From assembly GCA_045658315.1 (NCBI GenBank), contig JAZOUV010000023.1:15065-79064 (forward strand): 64,000 nucleotides of DNA, written 5' to 3'. The position numbers and the translations under genes were made by a program. The notes under the pieces are model-generated. The model searched no databases. It saw only the letters and a program-made list of their open reading frames with translations, and was not told the origin of the DNA. Shown piece after piece: positions 1-10,993 of this stretch (positions are counted from its first letter, which is position 1; each line of letters starts with the position of its first letter). Source of the DNA: Eubacteriales bacterium. GTDB taxonomy: Bacteria > Bacillota > Clostridia > Oscillospirales > CAG-272.

Positions 1-573
1 CACAAGGTTGTCATTTGTAGAAGCGAGTTTGCGTTCCGCCTCGTTTTTCTTGTAACGATATTTTGAAATGCCTGCCGCCTCTTCAAAAATATTTCTTCTT
101 TCGTCGCTTTTTTGCGATATTATTTCGGCAGCTTTACCCTGGCTGACTATCGAGTAACCCGTCTTGCCCACACCCGTATTCATAAACATCTCGTGAATGT
201 CCTTGAGTCTGGCAGGACGTCGATTTATCATATATTCACTTTCGCCCGAGCGATAGTATCTTCTTGTGACCTCAACCTCGTCGTAGTCAATGTCGATTCT
301 GTTTCCGTCGCCCGTGTTGTCTATAAGCAGAGAAACTTCCGCATAGCCCATAGGACTGCGTGAAGACGAACCGCCGAAGATAACGTCTTCCATCTTCGTT
401 CCGCGTATATTTTTGCTTGACAATTCACCGAGTACCCAACGCATAGCATCAGAAATGTTTGATTTACCGCTTCCGTTAGGACCTACTATGACCGTCATGC
501 CGTCATCGAAGCTTATGGTCGTCTTATCGGGAAAAGACTTGAAACCGTGTAGTTCAAGTGATTTTAATCGCAC
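1..573 (-). CDS. smc: chromosome segregation protein SMC, N-terminal fragment (continues beyond window start)
   Basis: Absent from the ORF track because it is truncated by the window edge. My reverse-strand translation from GTG at 573 reads VRLKSLELHGFKSFPDKTTISFDDGMTVIVGPNGSGKSNISDAMRWVLGEL, with Walker A GPNGSGKS and the SMC N-terminal signature. A G-rich SD-like run (rc of 586-590) lies 12 nt upstream. The rnc...smc neighbourhood is typical of Firmicutes. Confidence 0.85.
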   Translation of the reverse strand, partial: MRLKSLELHGFKSFPDKTTISFDDGMTVIVGPNGSGKSNISDAMRWVLGELSSKNIRGTKMEDVIFGGSSSRSPMGYAEVSLLIDNTGDGNRIDIDYDEVEVTRRYYRSGESEYMINRRPARLKDIHEMFMNTGVGKTGYSIVSQGKAAEIISQKSDERRNIFEEAAGISKYRYKKNEAERKLASTNDNLV

Positions 574-616
574 CTTCGTCAATAGCCCCCTTTCTCGTGT
601 TTTTTCTTAAATATAG

Positions 617-1693
617 TCATAATATGTCTAATACAATATTATAGTCTAAATATTCGTATTTTTCAACAACTTTCAGTGATTTTAAATTATAATTTTTTAT
701 TAACTTTATTTTGTTTGACTTTTTCTGTCCGATAACCTTGGAGACACAGCCCTTCGCACAGTATACTATAAGTTCTTTTCCGTCAGTCTTTTTATTTTCG
801 AGCTGTTTGCATATCTTTTTGTAATACACATAATTTTCGGCTAACTCACCTATTGCAGGGTGATAATCTCCGCCGTATACAACGTCTGGGTCATATAATT
901 CATCGCCCGACTGCAGACCTATTCTTATAACCGGTTTTTTCGCCTTGTCAAATATAAGTAAAACCTCACCGGTTCTTTCTATTGTGTCGTCAAGTCGGAG
1001 AGGTGTATATTCGCCGATTCTTGCCATGTTGCAAAGCTCGGTTTCCCTTAAAACAACGGTAGGGTAAACCCTTGCTCCGTCGCATAGATCTGCAATAATT
1101 TCTGCCGTGTAAAGCTCCTTTTCAAGACTTGAGCCGGGCAGACCTATCATCATCTGTCCTATTAAATTAAAGCCGTATTTTTTTATCAGCTTGCAGGCAT
1201 TTAATGCCTGTTCTGCGGTGTGTCCGCGTTTAGAAAGGCGGAGTACCTCACTATCCATAGACTGAAGTCCGAGCTCAATATTTTTTACACTGTAAGCTTG
1301 TAAAATCTCAAGTATTTCATTGCTTATGTAATCCGGGCGGGTGGACAGTCTTATTGACGAAACAAGTTTTTTTTCTATGTATTTATGGGCGACCTCAAGC
1401 AAATAGAGCATATCGTTTCTGTCAATGCCCGTAAAGCTGCCGCCGAAGAATGCTATCTCGGTTATGCTGTTGTCTGTGTCGACTGTTGACAGTGCGTTTT
1501 TTATAATGCTGTCAACGTCATTTTTGTTAAAAGAAGACGTGCCCGAAATGCGTTTCTGGTTACAGAAAACACAGTCATTCGGGCAACCTAAATGCGGTAT
1601 AAATACCGGTATGTTTACGTGTTTCAATGTTTTTCTCCGACATTTTTTTCTTTTGGATAAGTTGGGGTCAAGCTGCTCGTTTTCTCGGGACAT
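617..1693 (-). CDS. radical SAM protein (ELP3/MiaB-like core, no acetyltransferase domain)
   Basis: 358-aa ORF with the CxxxCxxC cluster motif CPNDCVFC near the N-terminus and the FFGGSF / GLQS motifs of the radical SAM TIM barrel. It lies between rnc and smc. Confidence 0.8.
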   Translation of the reverse strand: MSRENEQLDPNLSKRKKCRRKTLKHVNIPVFIPHLGCPNDCVFCNQKRISGTSSFNKNDVDSIIKNALSTVDTDNSITEIAFFGGSFTGIDRNDMLYLLEVAHKYIEKKLVSSIRLSTRPDYISNEILEILQAYSVKNIELGLQSMDSEVLRLSKRGHTAEQALNACKLIKKYGFNLIGQMMIGLPGSSLEKELYTAEIIADLCDGARVYPTVVLRETELCNMARIGEYTPLRLDDTIERTGEVLLIFDKAKKPVIRIGLQSGDELYDPDVVYGGDYHPAIGELAENYVYYKKICKQLENKKTDGKELIVYCAKGCVSKVIGQKKSNKIKLIKNYNLKSLKVVEKYEYLDYNIVLDIL

Positions 1694-1796
1694 CGAGGCG
1701 TCGTCCCCTACCGGTTTGTGCGTGATATGTTGTTTCTGCAGGTTTTATATCACTTAATTAAAGAGCATAAACCGGAAAGGCAAAATTTTTAAAGGT

Positions 1797-1824
1797 GCGG
1801 AAACTTTTTAGAAAAAGTTTCCGC
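1797..1824 (-). terminator. hairpin downstream of rnc (possible terminator)
   Basis: GCGGAAACTTTTT-ag-AAAAAGTTTCCGC, a 13-bp stem. The trailing U-run on the minus strand is interrupted (ACCUUUAAAAAUUUUG). Confidence 0.45.
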
Positions 1825-1830
1825 GTTATT

Positions 1831-2556
1831 CTATGCTTGACCGAATAAAGCCAAAGCCTCTTTCGCTGCCATTTGCTCGGATTCGCGTTTGCTTTTGCCA
1901 ACGCCTTTTCCAATAACATTGTTATTCAAATAAGCCTCTGTCTCAAACACTCTGTCGTGGGCAGGACCGCTTTCGTTTACCAACTTATATTCAAGCACGT
2001 CGCCCTGCTCCTGCTGTACAAACTGCTGGAGCATAGACTTATAGTCTTTTGTGTTTCCTCTTGCAATAATTTGCTTTATTTCCTCTGTCGCAAAGGGAAG
2101 AAGAAAGTTTTTTACAGGCTCTATTCCGCCGTCGATAAACATCGCCGCAAGTACTGCCTCAAATGCATCCGCAAGTATGGATGCCCGTTCTCTTCCGTGG
2201 GTCATCTCTTCGCCGTGCCCAAGAAAAAGATACTTTCCGAGCTCTATTGCACGGGCAAATTTTGCAAGAGCTTTTTCGCATACAGTACCTGCTCTTACTT
2301 TAGACAGCTCGCCTTCGGGAAGATCGGGATAGTTGGTATAAAGATATTCACTTACGGTCAAAGACAATACCGAGTCGCCGAAAAATTCAAGTCGCTCGTT
2401 ACATTCCGTCTTTATGTTTTTTGATTTTAGCTCGTTTGCAAAGGAAGAGTGGGACAAAGCCTTTATCAATAGCGGTTTGTCCTTGAATGTGTATTTTAAC
2501 TTGCCCTCAAGCTCTTCAATTATACCGATAATCTCGTTTATATCGTTTGTGTTCAT
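1831..2556 (-). CDS. rnc: ribonuclease III
   Basis: 241 aa with the RNase III signature ERLEFFGDSVL and a C-terminal dsRBD (GPAHDRVFE...GKSKRESEQMAAKEAL). Confidence 0.95.
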   Translation of the reverse strand: MNTNDINEIIGIIEELEGKLKYTFKDKPLLIKALSHSSFANELKSKNIKTECNERLEFFGDSVLSLTVSEYLYTNYPDLPEGELSKVRAGTVCEKALAKFARAIELGKYLFLGHGEEMTHGRERASILADAFEAVLAAMFIDGGIEPVKNFLLPFATEEIKQIIARGNTKDYKSMLQQFVQQEQGDVLEYKLVNESGPAHDRVFETEAYLNNNVIGKGVGKSKRESEQMAAKEALALFGQA

Positions 2557-3584
2557 TTGATATCGCCTGTCTTTTCGGTTTCGTTTTTAGGTGTCTTTAC
2601 TGTAAGCTGTGATGATTGACGTGCTATTTCTACTATTATTCCCGTATTAACGTAGTATATAGCCTGTTTGATTGCATTTTTTACGGCTTTTGCATCTGAG
2701 GAGCCGTGTGCCTTAATAACGGGCTTGGATATGCCGAGCAGTGGGGCTCCGCCGTATTCTGATGCGTCAAACTTCTTCTTAAAGGCTTTCAGAGTTGTTT
2801 TTAACACCAATGCCGATGCCTTGCTTACTATATTTGTTGTAAAAAGCGACTTTAGTTGCTCGATCATAAACTTGCCGAAACCTTCGGTCAGTTTGAGTAC
2901 CACGTTGCCCGTAAAGCCGTCGGTAATCACAACGTCAGCTTTGCCGAAGGGAATATCTCTGCCTTCTATATTGCCTATAAAGTTTACGTCAGAATTGGAC
3001 AATTTTTGGAATGTCTCTCTGTGTAGATCTGTACCCTTGGTCGGTTCTGTTCCGTTATTGAGCAGACCTACCGTAGGACACTTTATGCCGTGCAGACGTT
3101 CCATATATATAGAGCCCATTCTTGCAAACTGCTCAAGATTTTCGGGGGTAACGTTTATATTTGCCCCCGAATCCACAAGCAAAACGGGTTTTGCAAGGGG
3201 AAGAATAGTTCCTATTGCGGCTCTGAGCCCGCGTATTCTTCTTACGATAAATGTTGCACCCGCAAGCAGAGCTCCCGTATTACCTGCACTTACAAAGGCA
3301 TCGCCTTTACCCTCGGCAAGAAGCTTCAAGCCCTCGTGCATCGACGAATTATTCTTTTCTTTAACAACGCTCATAGGGGAGTCTTCCATAGTAATATAAT
3401 ATGGAACATCAACTATTTCAATGCGGTCTGAAGGTAGGTTGCTTTTTTCGAGCACTGCATAAATATCCAAAGCATCGCCTACAAGTGTTATATCGCACCC
3501 AAACTCCTTAGATGCCATTAAGGCACCCTCAACAAATTCTGCGGGGGAGTTATCTGCACCCATTATATCAACAATAATTCTCAT
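2553..3584 (-). CDS. plsX: phosphate acyltransferase PlsX
   Basis: 343 aa. N-terminus MRIIVDIMGADNSPAEFVEGA and GNTGALLA / DGFTGNVVLK motifs. 4-nt overlap with the rnc start. Confidence 0.95.
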   Translation of the reverse strand: MRIIVDIMGADNSPAEFVEGALMASKEFGCDITLVGDALDIYAVLEKSNLPSDRIEIVDVPYYITMEDSPMSVVKEKNNSSMHEGLKLLAEGKGDAFVSAGNTGALLAGATFIVRRIRGLRAAIGTILPLAKPVLLVDSGANINVTPENLEQFARMGSIYMERLHGIKCPTVGLLNNGTEPTKGTDLHRETFQKLSNSDVNFIGNIEGRDIPFGKADVVITDGFTGNVVLKLTEGFGKFMIEQLKSLFTTNIVSKASALVLKTTLKAFKKKFDASEYGGAPLLGISKPVIKAHGSSDAKAVKNAIKQAIYYVNTGIIVEIARQSSQLTVKTPKNETEKTGDIK

Positions 3585-3612
3585 ATATCTTCTCCTGTTA
3601 TACTAGGGGTAA

Positions 3613-4941
3613 CTATATCTTGTCTTTAATGCTGTTTATGTATTCAACGGAACGGTTTGCCAACGCTTCATTTCTAAAACGCTTACCGCCTTTTACCTTT
3701 GTTTCAAGGTTTGCAACAAGTCCAAAATTTGCGTTCATAGGCTGAAAATTCACAACGTTTTCATCGCTTATATAGTGAGCCAAAGCACCTATTGCGGTTA
3801 TGTTGGGAAAGTCAACAAGCTCTGTGCCTTTTGCAAATCTTGCCGCATTTACGCCTGCAACAAAGCCGCTTGATGTTGACTCAACATATCCTTCAACCCC
3901 TGTCATCTGTCCTGCAAAAAATACATTTGGCTTGTTTTTCATTGCATAAAAATGGTTCAGGCAGGCGGGGGAGTTTATAAACGTATTTCTGTGCATAACT
4001 CCGTAACGGAGAAAGGTTGCATTTTCGAGTCCGGGTATCATCGAAAATACCCTCTTCTGCTCACCGAAGGTCAGGTGTGTCTGGAAGCCAACCAGATTAT
4101 ACATAGTCTTTTCGGCATTTTCCTGACGAAGTTGAATAACCGCATAAGGGTCCTTGCCGGTCTTGGGGTCTGGCAGACCTACCGGTTTAAGAGGTCCGTA
4201 GCGAAGGGTATCATACCCCCTTTTCGCCATAACCTCAACGGGCATACAGCCCTCAAAAACATTAGGTTTTTTCTGAGAGTCGGAGTCAAACTCTTTCAAG
4301 TGTGCTTCTTCAGCATTGATTAGGGCATTGTAAAATGCATCGTACTCATCTTTTGTCATGGGACAGTTCAGATATGACGCCTCACCCTTACCGTATCGGG
4401 AGGCCGCATATATTTTGTTCATGTCAAGTGTCGAACGATCCACTATCGGTGCTGAAGCATCGAAGAAAGAAAGGTGGCTCTTTCCGAGAAAACTTTCAAG
4501 ATATTCCGAAAAAACATCGGACGTCAAAGGACCGGTCGCAATAACCGTTATCTCGTCTTCGGGGATAGAACTGACCTCTTCTTCAATAAGGTTGATAAGG
4601 GGATTATTCTTTATCTCGTTTGTAATATATTCGGAAAACCTATGTCTGTCAACAGCCAAAGCCGAGCCTGCTTCAACCTGTGTTGCGTATGCTGCCTTCA
4701 TTATCAGAGAATCCATCAGCCTCAGCTCCTCTTTCAGCAGTCCAACTGCATTTGTCAAAACATTGCTTCGGAGGGAGTTGGAGCATACAAGCTCAGCCAA
4801 ATTATCCGATGTGTGTGCAGGAGTCTTTTTTTGGGGTTTCATCTCGTAAAGGTCAACGTATACCCCTCGTTTTGCCGCCTGGTAAGCCGCTTCACAGCCT
4901 GCAAGTCCTGCACCGAATATATTTATCTTATTACTTTTCAT
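3613..4941 (-). CDS. trmFO: methylenetetrahydrofolate--tRNA-(uracil-5-)-methyltransferase TrmFO
   Basis: 442 aa. FAD-binding N-terminus [21 protein letters not shown], then [20 protein letters not shown], typical of TrmFO/Gid. Confidence 0.9.
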   Translation of the reverse strand: MKSNKINIFGAGLAGCEAAYQAAKRGVYVDLYEMKPQKKTPAHTSDNLAELVCSNSLRSNVLTNAVGLLKEELRLMDSLIMKAAYATQVEAGSALAVDRHRFSEYITNEIKNNPLINLIEEEVSSIPEDEITVIATGPLTSDVFSEYLESFLGKSHLSFFDASAPIVDRSTLDMNKIYAASRYGKGEASYLNCPMTKDEYDAFYNALINAEEAHLKEFDSDSQKKPNVFEGCMPVEVMAKRGYDTLRYGPLKPVGLPDPKTGKDPYAVIQLRQENAEKTMYNLVGFQTHLTFGEQKRVFSMIPGLENATFLRYGVMHRNTFINSPACLNHFYAMKNKPNVFFAGQMTGVEGYVESTSSGFVAGVNAARFAKGTELVDFPNITAIGALAHYISDENVVNFQPMNANFGLVANLETKVKGGKRFRNEALANRSVEYINSIKDKI

Positions 4942-7213
4942 CTTTTGTATTTTTTTCTTCTTGGCGGCTGTATTCGCACTTTTCGTTTCTGCAATATATT
5001 AGCTTTTTGCGTTTCTTCACCAGAAGTGCGTCACCGCACTGAGGACATTTTTCGCCCGTCGGCATATCCCATGATGAGAAATTACAGTCAGGATATTTTT
5101 CGCAGCTATAGAAAGTAATATGCTTTTTACCGCCCTGCTTTGTTATAATCTTTGAGCCGCAGATAGGGCAGGATATGCCCGTCTCTTTGGATATCTGCTT
5201 TGTGTTACGGCACTTGGGGTATGCCGAGCAGGCATAGAACGATCCGAACTTGCCTGAACGGATAACCATTTCGGAGCCGCATTTTTCACATATCATACCC
5301 GTGGATACCGTCTCTTTTGTTTCCTTTTCCTTCTTGGGTTCTTTCAGCTTGCCGTCCTTGTCAAGCGGCTTTGTGTTCTTACATTCGGGATAGTTGGGGC
5401 AGGCGGCAAACTTGCCATATCTGCCGTTCTTAACTATCATCTTAACGCCGCAATGCTCACAGATAATATCAATCTCTTCGGGCGGAATATCTATCTCGCC
5501 GTTCTTTGCCGCCTCTTCCGCTTTCGCAAGGCTTACCTTGAATCCATCGTAAAACTCTGACAGGATATGGAGCATATTGTCGTTTCCGTTTTCGACAGCG
5601 TCGAGTTTATCTTCCATCTGGGCTGTGAATTTGTAGTCAATGATCTCGGGAAAATTTTCCATTATAAGCTTTGTTGTCATCTCACCGAGATAAGTGGGTT
5701 TAAGTGATTTGCCTTCGCGTGTTACATAATCTCTTGCAATAATCGTAGTAATAATTGGAGTGTATGTCGAAGGTCTGCCGATCCCTTTTTCTTCAAGCTG
5801 TTTAACAAGCGAAGCTTCGGTATATCTGGGGGAAGGTTCCGTGAAATGTTGTTCGGGTAAAAGCTCACTGCATTCAAGCTTTTCGCCCTCGTTTATCTCA
5901 ATGGGCTTTGTCTGCTTTTCGGTATCTGCAAATTCACCGTAATCGCCGGGATCGTATACCGACAAAAAGCCGGGGAATTTTACATTGTAGCCGCTTGAAT
6001 GGAAAATATATCCGTTTGCATCTATCTCGGCATTAACCGTGTTAAGCTGTGCCGATGCCATCTGTGATGCTAAAAATCTATCCCATATAAGCTTATATAG
6101 CTTGTATTGGTCGCTTGAAAGATATTTCTTAATACGCTCGGGCTCAAAATCAAGCGAAGAGGGACGAATAGCTTCGTGTGCGTCCTGTGCTGTAGATTTT
6201 GACTTATAATATCTCTTCTGAGCAGGGTAATATTCCTCTCCGTACTTTGCCTTGATATAGCTTTCGGCACTTGCGGATGCTTCTCCGGATATACGGAGTG
6301 AGTCGGTACGCATATAGGTTATAAGACCGTGTACGCCGCCGTTTTCGCTTCCGATATTTATACCTTCATAAAGCTCCTGAGCGATCTGCATAATCTTCTG
6401 TGAACGGAAGTTAAGTTTTCTTGAAGCCTCCTGCTGGAGAGTCGATGTTGTAAAGGGCGGGGCAGGATTTCGGTTTTTTATCGCCTTCTTTACCGAGACT
6501 ACGACAAAATCGCTGTTCTTGACCGCGTTGTAGACCTTGTCGGTTTCCTCTTGGTCGTGAAGCTCTATCTTGCCGTTTTTATCGCCGTAAAAATTTGCCT
6601 TGAATGTCTTTGATTTTTCTGTGAGAAGGTGGGCTGTAACTGTCCAATATTCAGTAGGAACAAATGCTCTTATCTCCTCTTCACGTTCAACAATAAGTCG
6701 GGTCGCAACAGACTGAACACGTCCTGCGGAAAGTCCGCTTTTTAACGTTTTCCAAAGAAACGGACTTGCCTTATAACCAACTATTCTGTCTAAGATTCGT
6801 CTTGTCTGCTGAGAGTTTACAAGATTCATATTTATGGGTTTGGGATCCTTTATTGCCGCTTTAACAGCTGTCTTTGTGATTTCGTTGAAGGATATTCTCT
6901 TTGCCTTTGCCGGATCAATACCCAATGCCGCCGCAAGATGCCATGATATTGCTTCTCCCTCACGGTCAGGGTCAGTTGCGAGGAATACTTTGTTTGCGTT
7001 CTTCGCTTCCTTCCTGAGCTCGGTGATAAGGGGTCCTTTTCCTCTTATGTTTATATAATGTGCCTCAAAGTTATTTTCAATATCAACGCCGAGGGTACTC
7101 TTCGGCAGGTCTCTTACGTGACCCTTGGAGGCGGTTACTTTGTAGCCGCTGCCGAGATAACCTTTTATTGTATTTGCTTTTGCAGGGGATTCAACTATTA
7201 CGAGATTTGACAT
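4931..7213 (-). CDS. topA: DNA topoisomerase I
   Basis: 760 aa. TOPRIM N-terminus [17 protein letters not shown], and four C-terminal CxxC...CxxC zinc-ribbon repeats visible in the translation. Confidence 0.95.
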   Translation of the reverse strand: MSNLVIVESPAKANTIKGYLGSGYKVTASKGHVRDLPKSTLGVDIENNFEAHYINIRGKGPLITELRKEAKNANKVFLATDPDREGEAISWHLAAALGIDPAKAKRISFNEITKTAVKAAIKDPKPINMNLVNSQQTRRILDRIVGYKASPFLWKTLKSGLSAGRVQSVATRLIVEREEEIRAFVPTEYWTVTAHLLTEKSKTFKANFYGDKNGKIELHDQEETDKVYNAVKNSDFVVVSVKKAIKNRNPAPPFTTSTLQQEASRKLNFRSQKIMQIAQELYEGINIGSENGGVHGLITYMRTDSLRISGEASASAESYIKAKYGEEYYPAQKRYYKSKSTAQDAHEAIRPSSLDFEPERIKKYLSSDQYKLYKLIWDRFLASQMASAQLNTVNAEIDANGYIFHSSGYNVKFPGFLSVYDPGDYGEFADTEKQTKPIEINEGEKLECSELLPEQHFTEPSPRYTEASLVKQLEEKGIGRPSTYTPIITTIIARDYVTREGKSLKPTYLGEMTTKLIMENFPEIIDYKFTAQMEDKLDAVENGNDNMLHILSEFYDGFKVSLAKAEEAAKNGEIDIPPEEIDIICEHCGVKMIVKNGRYGKFAACPNYPECKNTKPLDKDGKLKEPKKEKETKETVSTGMICEKCGSEMVIRSGKFGSFYACSAYPKCRNTKQISKETGISCPICGSKIITKQGGKKHITFYSCEKYPDCNFSSWDMPTGEKCPQCGDALLVKKRKKLIYCRNEKCEYSRQEEKNTKDEK

Positions 7214-7256
7214 ATATACACCTCAAAAAATTTGGGATAAGTTTTTATGATTTTTA

Positions 7257-8483
7257 TTATGCCAGCAGAAAGCCTCCGCCCGGCACAGCTTTTACTATAC
7301 CTTGTATTTCTAAAATTGTCAATGACGACATCGTTTCCGAAACGGAAAAATTTGTAATATTTACAATTTCTTCAAGGCTGACGGGAGCGTTTTTCGATAG
7401 GCACAAGCAAATGTTTCTTTGCTCCGTAGGAAGATTTTTGAATATCTGAATTGTTTCTTCGGGGGGCAGTTCTTCCGCGATCGGAGCCTCTTTTTCTGCC
7501 GGCAGCTTTGTTTGCAGCCTTTTTGAAGTCTTAAGATTTATTGCTTCGTTTGTGTTTGCATAGGGGTTGTTTTTTGCATTGGCAGTCCGAATCGTGCGTA
7601 TTTTTTCGGGGTAAAGGAATTCGTATTCCTTCAATATATCTTCGGCATTGGATATTGATCTTGCACCCGATTGTATAAGACTGTTAGGGCCGAGGCTGTT
7701 AAATTCGCCTACCCTTCCCGGAATTGCAAATACATCTCTGTTCTGTTCAGCCGCCTTTTTTGCAGTTATCATAGCTCCGCTTTTAAACTGTGCTTCTACA
7801 ATAAGTGTTCCCAAAGACAGACCGCTTATTATTCTGTTCCTCTGGGGGAAAGAATAGCGTGTCGCCTTTGTGCCCGGAGCATATTCGGATATGATAGTTC
7901 CACTCATACACAGTCTTGAATAAAGATCGGCGTTTTCTTTCGGATAAACAACGTCAACACCGCACCCCAATACCGCAACAGTCTTTCCGCCTGCATCAAG
8001 AGCTGCACCGTGACATACGGAGTCGATACCGAATGCCATACCGCTAATAACGTATGCTCCGCTGAGAGCAAGGTCGAATGCTATTTCGTATGCACAACGG
8101 CATCCATATGAAGATGGTGTTCTTGTTCCGACTGTTCCTATACATATCTCTTTATCAAATTCGGGCAATCTGCCTTTATAATATAACAGTACGGGGGGAT
8201 TTTTAATTGTTCTGAGTCTGGAAGGGAACAGCTCGTCGGTATAAGGCAGTATACCGATATTGTCTTTTTGACAGCTTTTCAGTATATTCATTGCTTTGTT
8301 CGTGCTTTTGTCTGCCAGAGATTTAATATTTTTTTCGGATATGCCGTATATACCCTGCAATTCTTCTTCGGTAGCTGAGTATATTTTTTCAACAGAGCCG
8401 AAAGTGTGATAAAGAATACTGAAAAGAGGGGTGTCGGGAGTGCATTTTTCACTCAGCCAAACCCAATAAAGTAAATTTTCCAT
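7257..8483 (-). CDS. dprA: DNA processing protein DprA (Smf)
   Basis: 408 aa. The Rossmann-like core GTVGTRTPSSYG...ISGMAFGIDSVCHGAALDAGGKTVAVLGCGVDVVYPKEN matches the DprA family. Confidence 0.9.
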   Translation of the reverse strand: MENLLYWVWLSEKCTPDTPLFSILYHTFGSVEKIYSATEEELQGIYGISEKNIKSLADKSTNKAMNILKSCQKDNIGILPYTDELFPSRLRTIKNPPVLLYYKGRLPEFDKEICIGTVGTRTPSSYGCRCAYEIAFDLALSGAYVISGMAFGIDSVCHGAALDAGGKTVAVLGCGVDVVYPKENADLYSRLCMSGTIISEYAPGTKATRYSFPQRNRIISGLSLGTLIVEAQFKSGAMITAKKAAEQNRDVFAIPGRVGEFNSLGPNSLIQSGARSISNAEDILKEYEFLYPEKIRTIRTANAKNNPYANTNEAINLKTSKRLQTKLPAEKEAPIAEELPPEETIQIFKNLPTEQRNICLCLSKNAPVSLEEIVNITNFSVSETMSSLTILEIQGIVKAVPGGGFLLA

Positions 8484-8491
8484 ATATCTTC

Positions 8492-9274
8492 TTACCTATA
8501 CGCTTCCCAAAGAATAACGGATGCCGCCGATGAAACGTTGAGCGATTCCGCATCCTTTTCCATGGGGATAATAACAGTTCCTGTACAGATGTCGATCACT
8601 TCACTCGAAAGCCCGTGTCCTTCGTTACCCATTACAAAGCAACAGTTTTTTGGTTCCTTTACCGAGCTTAAGGGCAGAGCCTTTTCGGTGAGTGCCGTAG
8701 CATAAATGGACTGTCCCCTTTGTTTAATTTCTTTTATTGTCTTGCAGAGTTCATCTGTTCTGTAAGTTTTCGTTCTGAATATAGCTCCCATTGAAGCTCT
8801 GATAGTCTTTTGATTATATATATCCGCACAGTCTTTTGACAAAATAAGCGTCTTCTTACCAAAAGCTGCCGATGTCCTTGCAATAGTGCCTAAGTTTCCC
8901 GGGTCTTGGATCGTCGAAAGTATCAAGCAGCTTGCTTTTAAGTCGATTTCTTCTGCTGAGGTATAATTCTTATGAAGGCTGTCCATATATTTTGCCGTGC
9001 ATATAATGCCTTCGGGAGAGTTGTTCTCCGATATTTTCAAGCAAACTGAGTCGGATATAATTACGGCATTTCTCTGTTTTGCAAGGTCGGGATACCTTTC
9101 AGCACATTTTTCGGTCAAAAAAATATGCGTAATCTCAACGTTTGAAGCTATAGCCTCGCGTGTAAGCTTTATTCCCTCAAAAAGGAAGGTTTTCATTTCG
9201 TCTCGGTATTTTTTTTCTTTTAATTTTGCCGTCTCAACAATAAGTCCGTTGTTTCGGCTTGTTATGATGTCCAA
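8492..9274 (-). CDS. TrmH/SpoU-family RNA 2'-O-methyltransferase
   Basis: 260 aa with SpoU motifs NLGTIARTSAAFG, GNEGHGLS and IPM...ESLNVSSAASVILWE. TTG start preceded by AAGGGGG with 7-nt spacing. Confidence 0.85.
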   Translation of the reverse strand: MDIITSRNNGLIVETAKLKEKKYRDEMKTFLFEGIKLTREAIASNVEITHIFLTEKCAERYPDLAKQRNAVIISDSVCLKISENNSPEGIICTAKYMDSLHKNYTSAEEIDLKASCLILSTIQDPGNLGTIARTSAAFGKKTLILSKDCADIYNQKTIRASMGAIFRTKTYRTDELCKTIKEIKQRGQSIYATALTEKALPLSSVKEPKNCCFVMGNEGHGLSSEVIDICTGTVIIPMEKDAESLNVSSAASVILWEAYR

Positions 9275-9364
9275 AAATTTAACCCCCTTTTTTGAGAAAA
9301 TAATATCCTATTATCTTTTCTTGTACCAATTTTCGATAAAAAAATACTTTGTCGATTGTAGCAC

Positions 9365-9390
9365 AAAAACCCGGGAAAATCCGGGTTTTT
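9365..9390 (-). terminator. rho-independent terminator after rplT (bidirectional shape)
   Basis: AAAAACCCGG-gaaaat-CCGGGTTTTT, a GC stem flanked by A5/T5. Confidence 0.8.
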
Positions 9391-9404
9391 GTTAGTATTA
9401 TAAC

Positions 9405-9761
9405 TTATTTAAGTGCTTCTTTAGCCTTTTCTGCGATTGCAGCAAATGCTTCCTTGTCGGATACTGCGATCTCTGCAAGCATCTTTCTGTTGAGGTTGAT
9501 ACCTGCCAACTTAAGACCGTGCATAAGCTGTGAATAGTTGATTCCGTTTACCTTTGCCTGTGCGGAAATTCTGGTGATCCAAAGTGCACGGAAGTCTCTC
9601 TTCTTCTGCTTTCTGCCGATGTATGCGTAGTTACCACTCTTCATAACAGCTTGCTTAGCCATCTTGAAGTGCTTGCTCTTTGCGCCCCAGTAGCCTTTAG
9701 CGAGCTTGAGTATTTTATTTCTTCTCTTGCGAGTCATCATAGCGCCTTTAACTCTTGCCAT
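9405..9761 (-). CDS. rplT: 50S ribosomal protein L20
   Basis: 118 aa. [39 protein letters not shown] is a clear L20. Confidence 0.97.
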   Translation of the reverse strand: MARVKGAMMTRKRRNKILKLAKGYWGAKSKHFKMAKQAVMKSGNYAYIGRKQKKRDFRALWITRISAQAKVNGINYSQLMHGLKLAGINLNRKMLAEIAVSDKEAFAAIAEKAKEALK

Positions 9762-9795
9762 TGTTTTTTCCTCCTGTTTTCAATCGTTTTATCAA

Positions 9796-9987
9796 TTATT
9801 TAATAAGTGTTCTAACTGTCGGTGCCATAGATTCGCTGAGGTAACCTGCTTTTCTGAGGCTTCTCTTACGCTTTGCGTTCTTAAGACCGAGGTTATGACG
9901 GTGATGCGAATGGTTGATTTTTACCTTGCCGCTTTTTGTGAGAGTAAATCTTTTGGCAGAGGCGCTGTGTGTTTTCATTTTTCCCAT
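9796..9987 (-). CDS. rpmI: 50S ribosomal protein L35
   Basis: 63 aa. MGKMKTHSASAKRFTLTKSGKVK matches the L35 family. Confidence 0.95.
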   Translation of the reverse strand: MGKMKTHSASAKRFTLTKSGKVKINHSHHRHNLGLKNAKRKRSLRKAGYLSESMAPTVRTLIK

Positions 9988-10073
9988 AGTAATGGACTCC
10001 TTTCGTATTTTATGCGATGTTGTACCGTGTTCCTTTTCGGTACCGCAATACTTTACATTTTTTTGTGTAATTT

Positions 10074-10628
10074 TTATTTTGTGTTCTTTGCGGGAACTAT
10101 CATCATTGACATAAATCTACCTTCAAGTACGGGTGCCTTTTCTACGGTGCCCAGGTCGCTGCACGCTTCCTTGAACTGCTCAAGAAGCTGTTTTCCTATG
10201 TCGAGATGTGTCATCTGACGTCCCTTGAATTTGACAATAACTTTTACTTTGTCGCCACCCTTGAGAAATCTGTGAGCGTGGTTGACCTTGGTATTAAAGT
10301 CGTTTACGTCAATTCTGCACGAAAGCTGTATTTCTTTCGTTTCAATAGTCTGCTGTTTTTTCTTTGCTTCCTTTTCGCGTTTGTCACGGTCAAAACGGAA
10401 TTTTCCGTAGTCCATGATCTTGCACACGGGGGGATCGGACTGTGCCGACATAAGTACCAGATCAAGGTCTTCGTCGTACGCCTTTTCCAATGCATCGATA
10501 AAGGTCAGCATACCAAGCTGTTCGCCTTCGTTTGAAATTACTCTGAACATCTTTGAGTCGGAGCATTTGAGCTCTGTTTTTATATCCTCGTTTATGATGT
10601 TGTCCTTAGCACTTGTGTTTTTTATTAT
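10074..10628 (-). CDS. infC: translation initiation factor IF-3 (start placed at non-canonical ATA)
   Basis: IF-3 N- and C-domain sequence (INEDIK...VISNEGEQLGMLTFIDALEKAYDEDLDLVLMS...CKIMDYGKFRFD...KFKGRQMTH). GGAGGTG (rc of 10633-10639) is followed 4 nt later by in-frame ATA at 10628. The track start at 10691 adds a hydrophobic extension with no SD. Confidence 0.8.
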   Translation of the reverse strand: MIKNTSAKDNIINEDIKTELKCSDSKMFRVISNEGEQLGMLTFIDALEKAYDEDLDLVLMSAQSDPPVCKIMDYGKFRFDRDKREKEAKKKQQTIETKEIQLSCRIDVNDFNTKVNHAHRFLKGGDKVKVIVKFKGRQMTHLDIGKQLLEQFKEACSDLGTVEKAPVLEGRFMSMMIVPAKNTK

Positions 10629-10794
10629 AAAACACCTCCACAAAAAATAAAAAATGCACGAAATCAGCAACAACTCCGTACAAAAATGCACACACAGAGA
10701 TATAATTTAATCCCTATGTCATTTTATTAACCTCGTACAAGTCTTATGCTCTACGGGTGAGAACGGAGCGTTCTGCTTCTTTTTTTACCTTGTG

Positions 10795-10823
10795 ATTATA
10801 ACACACCACCTTCGACTTGTCAA
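10795..10823 (-). promoter_or_regulatory. sigma-70-type promoter of the infC-rpmI-rplT operon
   Basis: On the minus strand, TTGACA (10823-10818), a 17-nt spacer, then TATAAT (10800-10795). It leaves a ~160-nt leader before infC. Confidence 0.75.
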
Positions 10824-10993
10824 GGCTTTTTTTAATTTTTTTCGTCCTATCTTTTACTGCCTTTTTGCATTGCTTTCTTTTTGGGGGGGCAGAAAGAACA
10901 TTTTGTAATTCTATTGCAATTTTTCTTGCCGTATGCTATAATATATAAATAATTGGTAGAAATATTATTTGACGTAATGTGTGGTGAGATGTA

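Noticed and set aside
10757-10790. Plus-strand terminator-like hairpin (AGAACG-gag-CGTTCT followed by GCTTCTTTTTTT).
   Set aside because: No plus-strand gene ends upstream of it. It lies inside the minus-strand infC leader just downstream of the promoter, so it is more likely part of that leader, where the A-run precedes the hairpin on the transcribed strand.
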